Positions 1 through 9,501 of a DNA stretch of 64,000 bases are shown one piece after another. The notes below the pieces were generated by a model, which did not search any database, was not told the origin of the DNA, and saw nothing but the letters and a program-made list of their open reading frames with translations. Source of the DNA: Methanofastidiosum sp. GTDB taxonomy: Archaea; Methanobacteriota_B; Thermococci; Methanofastidiosales; Methanofastidiosaceae. Within the stretch, counting starts at the first letter, position 1. Every line of letters starts with the position of its first letter. The position numbers were made by a program, and so were the translations under genes. The stretch spans positions 131,400-195,399 of the forward strand of contig DAOSDU010000002.1 of NCBI GenBank assembly GCA_035362715.1, given 5' to 3'.

Positions 1-203
1 ACTTTGTTATCCACATACAGATATAATGTAAAAAGGCCAGGCGATTACCTGCTTGTATTTACATATTCATTTGAGATTGACGGCATAAAAAAAGAAACAA
101 GCCAGTATTATAACTTTAAAGTTTATCAATAATTTAAAATTATCTTCCAATACCGATAACTATTTATATGCATTAATAGAAACTAATAATAGAGGAATGA
201 GTT

Positions 204-2090
204 ATGAGAAAAAGAGGGGCTCTCAAATTAATAAAAAAACTCAAAGAATCTGACATTTTATTAGATAGTGAACCAAAATCTAATTATGAGAAGCTCAAGA
301 AAAAGAGTGAAGTTGACTTTTTAAAGAAAGAAGGCGCAACATTAGGTGGATTTGGAGCAATTTCGTCCTCAGAAGATATTTTAAGTGAAACAAAGAAGGA
401 AATATCTGAAAAAATAAAAAGTGAAGTCACAGCTCACGTTGCAAAAGAAGTCGCATCAACAGTAGGCAGTGCAACTTTTGTCATATCTGGTCCTGTTACT
501 ATCCAAGGTGGTAGACTCCCCTCAATGGAAGAAGAAAAGAGGGTAATAATGAAGGATCAAGATATACTCGTCATCCCTCAGAAATGGAAAACTCAAGATT
601 ATACGGGTTTTAATGAAAGATACCCTTTGATAGAGCCATATGCTTATGCAAGGATTAAATGGGATGAAAAAATAACTAAACTGGTATATTTAATTGAAGA
701 ACCTGAGCTCTCTGAAGATGAAAAAACTAGGCTTATGACCATTCAAGGGATAATTCAAGAAGAACTCGAAGTAGATTTCAAAAGTCTTCAAGAAAAGAGC
801 GAATTAGTTGATTATTTGGAAAACAAGGCTTTGGAAGTTGTTGATGAATTAAATCTCAAGTTATCCCCTGACGCTTTTGAAAAAATCATGTATTATTTAA
901 GAAGAAATTATATTGGGCTTGGCTCAATAGAACCTTTATTTCATGATGTTTTAATAGAAGATATAAGTTGCGATGGAACAGGAATCCCAATTTATGTTTA
1001 TCATGCAAAATATGGATCTCTCCCTTCGAATATCGTTTTCAAATCAGATGACGATGCCAACAGCATAATCATTAAGATGGCACAAAGATGTAATAGGCAT
1101 ATCTCAGTTGCAGAACCTTTACTCGATGGAAGATTGCCAAATAACTCAAGGGTCCAGGCCACATTTGGAAGAGAAGTCACGCAACACGGTCCTACTTTTA
1201 CTATTAGAAGATTTAAAACAGATCCAATGACACCCGTGCAATTGATTAATTACAAGTCCTGTCCACCAAGAATATTTGCATATATGTGGTTGGCGCTTGA
1301 ACACTCTTATACAGCTTCCACAATTATCTCTGGAGGGACAGCAACAGGTAAAACTTCTATGTTAAACGCCCTTGCTATATTTTTGCCACCAGAAGCAAAA
1401 ATAGTAACAATTGAGGACACTCAAGAGTTAAATCTCCCCCAAGAACATTGGTTGCCTGCAGTCACTAGATCTGGATTTGGCGCCTCTACTTCTGAAGGAA
1501 AGAAGCAGGGAGAGGTTGACATGTTCGACTTACTAAGGGCAGCATTAAGGCAAAGGCCTGATTACCTAGTAGTTGGTGAAATTAGAGGGGCTGAAGCTAA
1601 CGTTATGTTTACGGGTATGGCTACAGGGCACCCTGGTATGGGGACAATACATGCCGATTCAATGGAAGCTTTAATCAATAGGCTTACCACAAGGCCCATT
1701 AGTCTCTCTCCAGCACTTCTTCAATCATTAAATATTTGTTTCTTATTAACTCATGCAAAAATAGAAGGAAAAGCAATCAGAAGAGTAAAAGAAGTTGTTG
1801 AAATAACTGGAATGGATTTGAAAAAAGGAGAACCTATATATCAAACTGTTTTTAGGTGGGATCCAGGGTCTGATGAATTCATATATGATGCAAAAGAGAG
1901 TAGCATAGTAAAAAGAATATCTATATCTCGAGGTATGACACAAGAGGAAGTATGGGAAGAAATAAACAGAAGATCTCTTGTTTTAGGCTGGATGGCTGAG
2001 AATAATATAGTTAACTTTAGAGATGTAGGAGATATAATAAAGGTATATATGAGAGATCCGGATTCAATCTTAGAAAAAATAAAAAGTTGA
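204..2090 (+). CDS. Type II/IV secretion-family ATPase, archaeal FlaI/TadA-like, with an N-terminal extension of roughly 200 aa
   Basis: Walker A SGGTATGKTS, Asp/His boxes (LVVGEIRG, GHPGMGTIHAD), GspE/VirB11-type C-terminal domain. 628 aa with a K/E-rich N-terminal extension longer than a typical FlaI. Sits directly upstream of two T2SSF membrane genes. Confidence 0.8.
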   Translation: MRKRGALKLIKKLKESDILLDSEPKSNYEKLKKKSEVDFLKKEGATLGGFGAISSSEDILSETKKEISEKIKSEVTAHVAKEVASTVGSATFVISGPVTIQGGRLPSMEEEKRVIMKDQDILVIPQKWKTQDYTGFNERYPLIEPYAYARIKWDEKITKLVYLIEEPELSEDEKTRLMTIQGIIQEELEVDFKSLQEKSELVDYLENKALEVVDELNLKLSPDAFEKIMYYLRRNYIGLGSIEPLFHDVLIEDISCDGTGIPIYVYHAKYGSLPSNIVFKSDDDANSIIIKMAQRCNRHISVAEPLLDGRLPNNSRVQATFGREVTQHGPTFTIRRFKTDPMTPVQLINYKSCPPRIFAYMWLALEHSYTASTIISGGTATGKTSMLNALAIFLPPEAKIVTIEDTQELNLPQEHWLPAVTRSGFGASTSEGKKQGEVDMFDLLRAALRQRPDYLVVGEIRGAEANVMFTGMATGHPGMGTIHADSMEALINRLTTRPISLSPALLQSLNICFLLTHAKIEGKAIRRVKEVVEITGMDLKKGEPIYQTVFRWDPGSDEFIYDAKESSIVKRISISRGMTQEEVWEEINRRSLVLGWMAENNIVNFRDVGDIIKVYMRDPDSILEKIKS

Positions 2091-2094
2091 GCCT

Positions 2095-3069
2095 ATGCTG
2101 GGCAGAAAAAAAGAGAAGGACATTGCAGTCCAAGAAATCGAAAGATACGAAAAAAGGGGCTTCTTCATGAATTATGGAAAGATGGCCCATAAAAGATTTG
2201 GTTTTTTGGTAGACAAAAGGCTAAAAAGTTTTGAAGAACTCCATGGCCCTTTAAGAAAAGGTGATATACCCTTAAATCTTGGTGCTTATGTCAGTGCAAT
2301 GATTCTTAGTACTGCAATTGCCGGTATTATTGCTTTAGTAGTATCGATAATTATTGTCCCTCTGTTTTTGGGAAATTTTATAAATGAAATTATATCCCCT
2401 GGAAAGCCTGTTGATTTTGTCTTTAACTTAGTCTTAATTATTTTAATTTCAATTCTAACTGCCGTTACAACTTTTCTAGTGTTCTGGGTTTATCCATCGT
2501 TTAAAGCTGGAGAAAGATCAAGAAAAATTAATCTTGCACTTACAAACGCTGTCAATACAATGGCAACAATAGCTGGAACAGGGGTACCCCCTGCCGTTAT
2601 CTTTTGGTCGCTTGTAGAGTTTAGGCGATATGGCGAAGTATCAAGAGAATCTGAAAAAATTTTAAATGATATTGAAAACTTTGGACTCGATTTAGTTCAA
2701 GCTCTTCAAAGGGCGGCTAACAGATCTCCTTCTCCTCTCTTCAGTGAACTTTTATGGAAGATGATAGCCACCATAAGAACAGGTGGAAATCTCAAAGAGT
2801 ATTTGTATCTTGAAGGAAATAGATTAATGGAAGTTGAAAGAATGAAAACTGAAGCTGCAATTGAAACTATCGGTTTAATAGCAGAAACTTATGTTACAGC
2901 TTTAGTTGTAGGGCCAGTATTTATTATTATCATGACAACAATTATGGGTATAATGGGAACCCCAATGTCGCAGGTAAATTTGATTAATAATATTGTTGTA
3001 TATTTTGGGCTGCCTATAGGCTATGCTATATTCATAATAGCGGTGGATCAGGTGGCTCCAAAGAGATAA
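2095..3069 (+). CDS. TadB/FlaJ-like T2SSF-domain polytopic membrane protein (first half of a split FlaJ)
   Basis: Several TM segments plus a cytoplasmic T2SSF-like segment (LWKMIATIRTGGNLKEYL). Starts 5 nt after the ATPase stop. Confidence 0.6.
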   Translation: MLGRKKEKDIAVQEIERYEKRGFFMNYGKMAHKRFGFLVDKRLKSFEELHGPLRKGDIPLNLGAYVSAMILSTAIAGIIALVVSIIIVPLFLGNFINEIISPGKPVDFVFNLVLIILISILTAVTTFLVFWVYPSFKAGERSRKINLALTNAVNTMATIAGTGVPPAVIFWSLVEFRRYGEVSRESEKILNDIENFGLDLVQALQRAANRSPSPLFSELLWKMIATIRTGGNLKEYLYLEGNRLMEVERMKTEAAIETIGLIAETYVTALVVGPVFIIIMTTIMGIMGTPMSQVNLINNIVVYFGLPIGYAIFIIAVDQVAPKR

Positions 3070-3082
3070 TGCAGGTGAAAAA

Positions 3083-3910
3083 TTGAGGAAAAAAAATTAT
3101 AACGTGTATGTAACGATTGGCAGTATAGCTGCAGGGATTATTCTTAGCTTGATGGGATTTTTCATTTTAAACTTAAGTGAACTAGCTATTGCAGGTATAG
3201 CCGTTGCGGTTGGCCCTTACCTTTTCTTAAAAATGAGAGAACAAGCATGGATTACTGAAATAGAAGATCAGTTCCCTGAATTTCTAAGAGCACTTGCCGA
3301 TTCTCAAGCTGCAGGAATGACCCTTCCCCAAGCCATAAAGATGGCGCAGGAGGATGATTACGGGAGACTTACCGATGAAATAAAGATTATGGCTTCAAAG
3401 ATATCTTGGGGGGTCCCATTTGATGAGGTCTTAACATCTTTTTCAGATAAGGTAAAAAGTGAAAATGTACAAGGTACGGTATCTCTTATTGTTATCGCTC
3501 ATCATGCTGGGGGAAATATCATAAAGATTTTGGAATCTGCGGCAGAAAGCGCAAGAATGATGAGGGGTCTTGCAAAAGAGCAGGCTTCTAAATTAAGCCA
3601 GTATACAGGCATTATTTATATTTCTTATCTTGTATTTCTTTCAGTAGTTTTCTTACTTCAGACCCAGTTCGTTGAAATATTCTCAGAAATAACACTTCCA
3701 ACTGCCAAAGAGTCAATAAATAAAGAGGCATTTAAGACTACATTTCAAAACATGCTTATCATACATGGTGCTTTAGCAGGGCTCATGATTGGAAAGATGA
3801 CAACAAATTCTTTATTTTCCGGGATCAAACACAGTATTATTTTAACTGCAATTGGATATCTAACATTTAGATTTATTATCGGCTCTAGTCTTCTATCTGG
3901 TCTTCTTTGA
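3083..3910 (+). CDS. TadC/FlaJ-like T2SSF-domain membrane protein (second half)
   Basis: T2SSF-like soluble domain (FPEFLRALADSQAAGMTLPQAIKMA...) flanked by TM helices. Co-oriented with and adjacent to 2095..3069. Confidence 0.6.
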   Translation: MRKKNYNVYVTIGSIAAGIILSLMGFFILNLSELAIAGIAVAVGPYLFLKMREQAWITEIEDQFPEFLRALADSQAAGMTLPQAIKMAQEDDYGRLTDEIKIMASKISWGVPFDEVLTSFSDKVKSENVQGTVSLIVIAHHAGGNIIKILESAAESARMMRGLAKEQASKLSQYTGIIYISYLVFLSVVFLLQTQFVEIFSEITLPTAKESINKEAFKTTFQNMLIIHGALAGLMIGKMTTNSLFSGIKHSIILTAIGYLTFRFIIGSSLLSGLL

Positions 3911-5639
3911 TATTATTTTTTTCTATTCCCCATCTTGTTCTAACGGCCATCCCTCTTTCAAAAGCTTTAACCTCTCTCGGAGAAAGCATTAAAGTTCCTG
4001 TTCCTAAAAGATTGTCATTTGAATCCACAATAAGAACTTCTTCATATGCCCTAAGATTTTTATCAAGATTAATAACAAACTTTGAAAATACATTTGCACC
4101 GTCTTTAATGAAAGGTGCAGCTTCGTCATCCACAATTATTCTGTATTTGGGATATGGGATTATATCCTTCAATCTTTTTAGACCCTCAATATTTGGAGTA
4201 AATAATCCATCTCTAGCCCTTATAGTTGCAAGCATAGTTCCATTTTTATCAAAGACATAACGGATCATTCCAGTTTTTGATCTCTTAACAACGACATCAT
4301 GGAAAAGTTTTTCTCCAACGTTTGGGCCAAACTGATATTCCGCAATTACTTTTACTATATCCTCGTCATTTAGTTCAGAGTCCCCTCTATCTTTTCTTTC
4401 TTCCTCCATTTCACATTGGCCAAAAGGATAAGTAAACTCAAGTTCTTTTGGGAATTTTCCAAAGAAGAGATGCTCATCGTATTTTTTAGATTCTATGTTT
4501 TTTATTCTTTCCTTAGTTCTTTGCATTATTGGCCTTAAATTGGATTCTGCACCAGTATAGAATATCGAAGACCTTTTCGTAAAGGGGTCATATTCTTCTA
4601 AAAGACCATAATAATCTTTGATTCTCCTATATGCGAGTAGTAATCTCGGATGACTTCTAATCCTAGTTTCAACAAGTTCAAATAAATTTCCTTCATGTAC
4701 GGCTTCCTTGATTATTTTGATTTCTTCAAAAGTTGCATGCAAGTTATGGCTTGAAAGAAGTTCTAATCTTTTTTGATCATTTTCATTAATTAGCTCTTGA
4801 GCAGTATATTTCCTGCAAACTGGGCAGTTACATGGTAAATATTTCATTTCATTAAGTTTTTTTGTACCATAAGAAGTTAGATATCTTGAATCCTGTGCAT
4901 AGAGAACATACGCCGCGGAATCAAAAAGGTCGCAACCCAAAAGAACCGATAATGACAGTAACATTGGGTGTCCAGCACCAAAAAGATGAACTGGCCTTGA
5001 GGGTGAAAGACTTCCTTTTACCGTTAGGATAATATCCACCAATTCACTAAATCGGTATTCCATCATCAATGGAACAACACCGCCTATTGGATTCACTGTA
5101 AAAGGTAATTTACTCATCTCCTCTGCCGATTTTTTTCTTAGATCTAGGTGAGTTCCCCCTTGGATTGTTCCATTTAGGTCTAGGTCAAATCCGATTGCTT
5201 CTCTTGCCCTTTCTAGAGTTATCTCTAGGTCTGAAAGAGTCTTTCTGTGAGGTTCATCGGGATGAGTTGGTATATCAAGAAACGTTCCGATATCAACTCC
5301 AATGTCTTTTTGAAATTGTAGTATCTCTTTGTTTTCTATTTCTATATCGCCATATGCGGCCATCTGAAAAGAGCCGGAATCAGTTTCTATAACTCCGTTA
5401 AAATCGAGCATTTTGTGAACTCCTTTTTCAAGAGAATCTTCTTTGAGTTTTGGAGTTCTGTAAATAATATATGAATTTGTGATTAGCATTTCTGCCCCAT
5501 AATCGGCCATATCTTTTGGGGCAATGACTATCTTATTGGGATTAATAACTGGCATCAGTGTTGGGGTCTCAACTTTTTTTTTGCCTATCGATAGTTTTCC
5601 TATTCTGCCTAATCCATCTTTTGCTTTTATTTCAAACAT
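3885..5639 (-). CDS. tgtA: Archaeosine tRNA-guanine transglycosylase (ArcTGT) with a C-terminal PUA domain
   Basis: 584 aa. The N-terminal TGT catalytic barrel carries the Zn motif CNCPVCR; the C-terminal extension is typical of archaeal ArcTGT. Confidence 0.8.
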   Translation of the reverse strand: MFEIKAKDGLGRIGKLSIGKKKVETPTLMPVINPNKIVIAPKDMADYGAEMLITNSYIIYRTPKLKEDSLEKGVHKMLDFNGVIETDSGSFQMAAYGDIEIENKEILQFQKDIGVDIGTFLDIPTHPDEPHRKTLSDLEITLERAREAIGFDLDLNGTIQGGTHLDLRKKSAEEMSKLPFTVNPIGGVVPLMMEYRFSELVDIILTVKGSLSPSRPVHLFGAGHPMLLSLSVLLGCDLFDSAAYVLYAQDSRYLTSYGTKKLNEMKYLPCNCPVCRKYTAQELINENDQKRLELLSSHNLHATFEEIKIIKEAVHEGNLFELVETRIRSHPRLLLAYRRIKDYYGLLEEYDPFTKRSSIFYTGAESNLRPIMQRTKERIKNIESKKYDEHLFFGKFPKELEFTYPFGQCEMEEERKDRGDSELNDEDIVKVIAEYQFGPNVGEKLFHDVVVKRSKTGMIRYVFDKNGTMLATIRARDGLFTPNIEGLKRLKDIIPYPKYRIIVDDEAAPFIKDGANVFSKFVINLDKNLRAYEEVLIVDSNDNLLGTGTLMLSPREVKAFERGMAVRTRWGIEKNNIKEDQIED

Positions 5640-5894
5640 TTATCCGCCCCCTACTGGAGAAAAAAGAGCTATCTCAAATCCTTTTGAAACTAGAGTTTCA
5701 TCTCTACCTGTAAAAGAATAGTCCTTTCCATTTACTATAATCCTTATCTCATCCTTTAAAAAAGATTCCTTCAATAGAGGATATTTTTCTGAAAGAAGAT
5801 TCTTTAGGTTGCCAATTTTAATTGATTCAACTTCAATAATTTCTTCTCTTTTCAAAGTGATATCTTTTAAATCTCCAAAATAGAGAACCCTCAT
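5640..5894 (-). CDS. MoaD/ThiS-like ubiquitin-fold small modifier or sulfur carrier (SAMP-like) with a C-terminal GG
   Basis: 84 aa, beta-grasp-like composition, ends ...SPVGGG. Its start codon abuts the tgtA stop. Confidence 0.55.
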   Translation of the reverse strand: MRVLYFGDLKDITLKREEIIEVESIKIGNLKNLLSEKYPLLKESFLKDEIRIIVNGKDYSFTGRDETLVSKGFEIALFSPVGGG

Positions 5895-5917
5895 ACTATT
5901 TAATATACCAAGTGATT

Positions 5918-6403
5918 TTATAATCTTAACTCAAAAGGCATCCTTTCTATTTCTATTTTTCTCTTAAGAGGATCAATTATCTCAATACCTTCTTTTCTTG
6001 ATAATATATAAAGTCTTGATAAAGCCTCTGTAGAGCAAAGAAGATGCTGATTTGGATGAGTACCCGCCTCTATGCAAGAATCTAGAATTATTTTATCCCC
6101 GCATCCAAAGACCAATTTAAGCCTCTTGGAAGCAGGATGGCCCTTTTTTAGGATTATAAGTGGAAAAGCTAACTCCCGCAGGGAGTATAATGCTGATATC
6201 ATGATTGCTTTAATTTTTGTGTCTTTTGCGAAAGAGGAAACAGCAAGAATATCATCATTTCCCGTTCCAAGAACTATCTCTTCTTTATCAGTTTCCAACA
6301 AGAAGGATTTACCTTTAGATTTTACTATCCCTAAGAAGTAATCTTTATGGGATAGGAACAATATCTCCTCATCGCCCAAAGGAAGAAATAAATTATTATC
6401 CAA
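5918..6403 (-). CDS. Hypothetical protein (161 aa), TTG start
   Basis: Clean ORF with a TTG start. No motif I recognise. Co-oriented with the SAMP-like gene and tgtA. Confidence 0.35.
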   Translation of the reverse strand: MDNNLFLPLGDEEILFLSHKDYFLGIVKSKGKSFLLETDKEEIVLGTGNDDILAVSSFAKDTKIKAIMISALYSLRELAFPLIILKKGHPASKRLKLVFGCGDKIILDSCIEAGTHPNQHLLCSTEALSRLYILSRKEGIEIIDPLKRKIEIERMPFELRL

Positions 6404-6557
6404 TTTTTATAACCTTGTCTGAAGAACATTTTGGGCATTTTGGATTTTTTCCAATTCCTTTATACTGTGTACCGCATTCGGTACAAACATAGCCTTCTGG
6501 ACCTTCGGGCATATCTACATCAAAACTTCCACCAACACTGCAAATATCAATCACCAA
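6396..6557 (-). CDS. Small zinc-ribbon protein (about 38-53 aa, CxxC...CxxC), below the ORF-track size cutoff
   Basis: The minus-strand reading gives ...DMPEGPEGYVCTECGTQYKGIGKNPKCPKCSSDKVIKIG followed by TAA TAA. Could be an RNAP subunit P-like or other Zn-ribbon protein. Possible starts are GTG/TTG at 6552-6557 or an internal ATG. Confidence 0.35.
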   Translation of the reverse strand: MVIDICSVGGSFDVDMPEGPEGYVCTECGTQYKGIGKNPKCPKCSSDKVIKIG

Positions 6558-6697
6558 AGCCTGATAATGATTTTGTTCTTATATATATTTTGATGCGCCC
6601 TTGCTTTATCAAGATAACATGCAATCCATAATATCTCTATTTTGTAGATATCTCAAAGCAATTCAAAAATTTTATATATTGTCTTGATTTTTAGATT

Positions 6698-8344
6698 ATG
6701 GATTTCATGGATAAAAATGTGAATGTTATTTCTGGAAATATTGTAGATCCAATTAATCATGAAATATACCCTGGCAAAATAACAATTTCAAACGATAAAA
6801 TCTCTGAAATTCAAAGAGACGATAATATTTATTCTAATTTCATTATACCGGGATTTGTAGATTCTCATATACATATAGAAAGTTCAATGTTAATCCCTTA
6901 CGAATTTTCTAGAATTGCAGTTATCCATGGAACTGTAGCAACTGTTTCAGATCCTCATGAAATAGCCAATGTCTTAGGAATAAAAGGAATACAATATATG
7001 ATTGAGAATTCTAAACTTTCTCCTCTAAAATTTTATTTTGGGGCATCCTCCTGCGTTCCGGCAACATCTTTTGAGACTAGTGGCGCTTGCCTTAGAGCTA
7101 GAGAGATTGAAGAGATATTTAGTAATGACAATGTTAAATTTTTAGGAGAGGTAATGAATACATTTGGTGTCATAAATAATGATAAGGATCTAATAGAAAA
7201 AATAAATGTCGCAAAAAAATATTCTAAAAAAATTGATGGACATGCTCCAGGATTATCCGGAGAAGTACTGGAAAAATATATTAGCAAAGGGATTACTACA
7301 GATCACGAGTGTGTTCGTAGAGCTGAAGGTCTTGAGAAGATAGAAAAGGGGATGAAAATACAGATTAGGGAAGGTTCTGCTGCAGAAAACTTTGAAGCTT
7401 TAATCCCTCTTGTCGATACACATTATGATTCCTGCATGTTTTGTAGTGATGATAAACACCCGGATGACTTGGTTAAGGGGCACATTGACCAGATGGTTAG
7501 GCGGTCAATAAATTACGGCATCGATATTTTCAAAATATTAAAGGTTTCTTCTGTAAATCCTGTTAAGCATTATGGGCTTGATGTTGGGCTGCTTCAAGAA
7601 GGTGATCCGGCTGACTTCTTAGTTGCAGATAATCTAAAAGAGTTGAATATCCTTGCAACATATATTAATGGAAATGTCGTTTCCCACAAAGGTAAAACAA
7701 ACATTGAACACAGGAGTTTTGAAACGATAAATAACTTTAAAGTAGAAAAGAAAAAGATATCAGATTTTTGTTTATCTTATAAAAGTGGCAATATAAACGT
7801 TATTGAAGCAATTGACGGTCAACTTATTACAAATGATATAAGCATTGAACCAAAAATAGTCAATGAGAATTTAGTATCTGACATAGAAAGAGACATATTA
7901 AAAATCGCCGTTGTGAATCGTTATAAAGATTCAGAAGTTCCAATTGGATTTATAAGAAATTTTGGCCTAAAAAAAGGGGCAATAGCTTCTAGCATAGCCC
8001 ATGATTCCCATAACATAGTTGTCGTTGGTGTTTCTGACGAAGACATATGTAACGCTGTGAACATGATTATCGAAAATAGGGGTGGCATTGGATGTGTTTG
8101 TGGAGAGAATAAAATCTTTTTAGAACTCCCCGTTGCTGGCATAATGACATTTGAAGAATATTCTAAAGTTGCAGATAGCTACAGGCATGTTACTAACTTT
8201 GCCAAGTCTTTGGGATGTACATTAAACGCACCTTTCATGACTCTATCTTTCATGGCATTACTAGTTATACCAAAAATAAAGATTGGAGATAAAGGATTGT
8301 TTGATTCTGAAAAATTTAGATTTATTGATTTGTGCGTAAGCTAA
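6698..8344 (+). CDS. ade: Adenine deaminase (amidohydrolase superfamily)
   Basis: 548 aa. Metal-binding motif GFVDSHIHIESSM and the usual adenine deaminase length and domain order. Confidence 0.7.
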   Translation: MDFMDKNVNVISGNIVDPINHEIYPGKITISNDKISEIQRDDNIYSNFIIPGFVDSHIHIESSMLIPYEFSRIAVIHGTVATVSDPHEIANVLGIKGIQYMIENSKLSPLKFYFGASSCVPATSFETSGACLRAREIEEIFSNDNVKFLGEVMNTFGVINNDKDLIEKINVAKKYSKKIDGHAPGLSGEVLEKYISKGITTDHECVRRAEGLEKIEKGMKIQIREGSAAENFEALIPLVDTHYDSCMFCSDDKHPDDLVKGHIDQMVRRSINYGIDIFKILKVSSVNPVKHYGLDVGLLQEGDPADFLVADNLKELNILATYINGNVVSHKGKTNIEHRSFETINNFKVEKKKISDFCLSYKSGNINVIEAIDGQLITNDISIEPKIVNENLVSDIERDILKIAVVNRYKDSEVPIGFIRNFGLKKGAIASSIAHDSHNIVVVGVSDEDICNAVNMIIENRGGIGCVCGENKIFLELPVAGIMTFEEYSKVADSYRHVTNFAKSLGCTLNAPFMTLSFMALLVIPKIKIGDKGLFDSEKFRFIDLCVS

Positions 8345-8511
8345 TATTTAAATATAATTTTTAATTATTGCTTATTTATTAGAATATAAATTAGGATAAT
8401 AATTATTTATTATGTATATATACAAATGATTTATGCCTTTATAATCCTAGTATAATAATGTCTATTACCCCTTTATTTCTACTGGAAGTTCCTCCAGTTA
8501 AATAATAATTT

Positions 8512-9441
8512 CTAGTTGTGCTGTTTTTTGTTTGATCTATTGACATAAAAACTCTTGTCTATATAATCCAAATAGATATCTCTATCTCTCCCAGTAAGCT
8601 CATCTTCTGTTATGTAAAGATCTTTGTTTTTTCTGATATCAACCCTAACAAATCTAAGCCTGTTCTTTTTGTAGAATCTTTTCTTTCCTATTTCATCAAA
8701 TATTTTTTGATTTATCTCCATTGAAGTCCTTTCTATATGAAACGCCATATTTTGGTAACTTATAATTGTATAGATGACCAAGAAGATAATTGGAGGGAAT
8801 AACATGAGGAGGGCCAAATTAATAAAATTAGAAGTTGGAACTGAAAGTGTAAGTAATATTATGACTGAGGAAAGGGAGGCAAGTAAAAGCCATCGTAAAT
8901 ATCCGAATTTATCTCTGCCCACGGTGTTGAGTTTTCTTGAGAATTCATTTATTTCATTTATTGTATCAAAAAATATCCTGTAGTTTGTTGAATCTTTATT
9001 ACTTATTATTTCCGTTTCCTCTAAAAGACAATATAGATTTCTGTAGTAAGGCTCTTCAATATACCCTTCGCTCCAACCGCACAACTCTTTAATAATGGCT
9101 ATATCGCTAAGTTTTTCGTATACCTTTTTTGAAAGAGTTTCGCTATTGGTGAATGAGCTCGATATATCTATAAGTGAAATGCATCTTGAATGTCTTGAAA
9201 TATGATAGTCTCTAATCATAATATATCTTCCATAACGTGAATTGAAGTAATGGCCTACTAAAAACGAAAAAAGTAAAGTTGTCACAGTCAGCATATAGCC
9301 TTGAGAATCTCCATCAAGGTAATTTAGTGGTATATTGATTTTGATAAGTATAAATAGGGCCCAACTTAATAAGAACAATATTGTTATTAATATTGATACT
9401 AAGTAAGGCCTAATATGTAGAAATCTCATCAATAAACACAT
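8512..9441 (-). CDS. Hypothetical 4-TM membrane protein with charged cytoplasmic domains
   Basis: TM helices near residues 14-35, 55-70, 185-205 and 208-230. K/R/D-rich C-terminus. AT-rich flanks. No motif I recognise. Confidence 0.45.
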   Translation of the reverse strand: MCLLMRFLHIRPYLVSILITILFLLSWALFILIKINIPLNYLDGDSQGYMLTVTTLLFSFLVGHYFNSRYGRYIMIRDYHISRHSRCISLIDISSSFTNSETLSKKVYEKLSDIAIIKELCGWSEGYIEEPYYRNLYCLLEETEIISNKDSTNYRIFFDTINEINEFSRKLNTVGRDKFGYLRWLLLASLSSVIILLTLSVPTSNFINLALLMLFPPIIFLVIYTIISYQNMAFHIERTSMEINQKIFDEIGKKRFYKKNRLRFVRVDIRKNKDLYITEDELTGRDRDIYLDYIDKSFYVNRSNKKQHN

Positions 9442-9501
9442 CTAAGATATTTTTAATATACAATAGTAGCATATGTTCTATAAAAATCTTGCTTTAATAT
9501 T

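Noticed and set aside
2095-3910. Split flaJ as a pseudogene or frameshift
   Set aside because: Each half has its own start codon, an intact T2SSF-like domain and TM segments. There is a 13-nt gap carrying a purine-rich RBS (ggtgaaaaattgagg). I cannot exclude a sequencing error.
6431-6631. 66-aa plus-strand ORF
   Set aside because: The minus strand here encodes a canonical CxxC...CxxC Zn-ribbon peptide ending in a double stop. The plus-strand ORF has no features.
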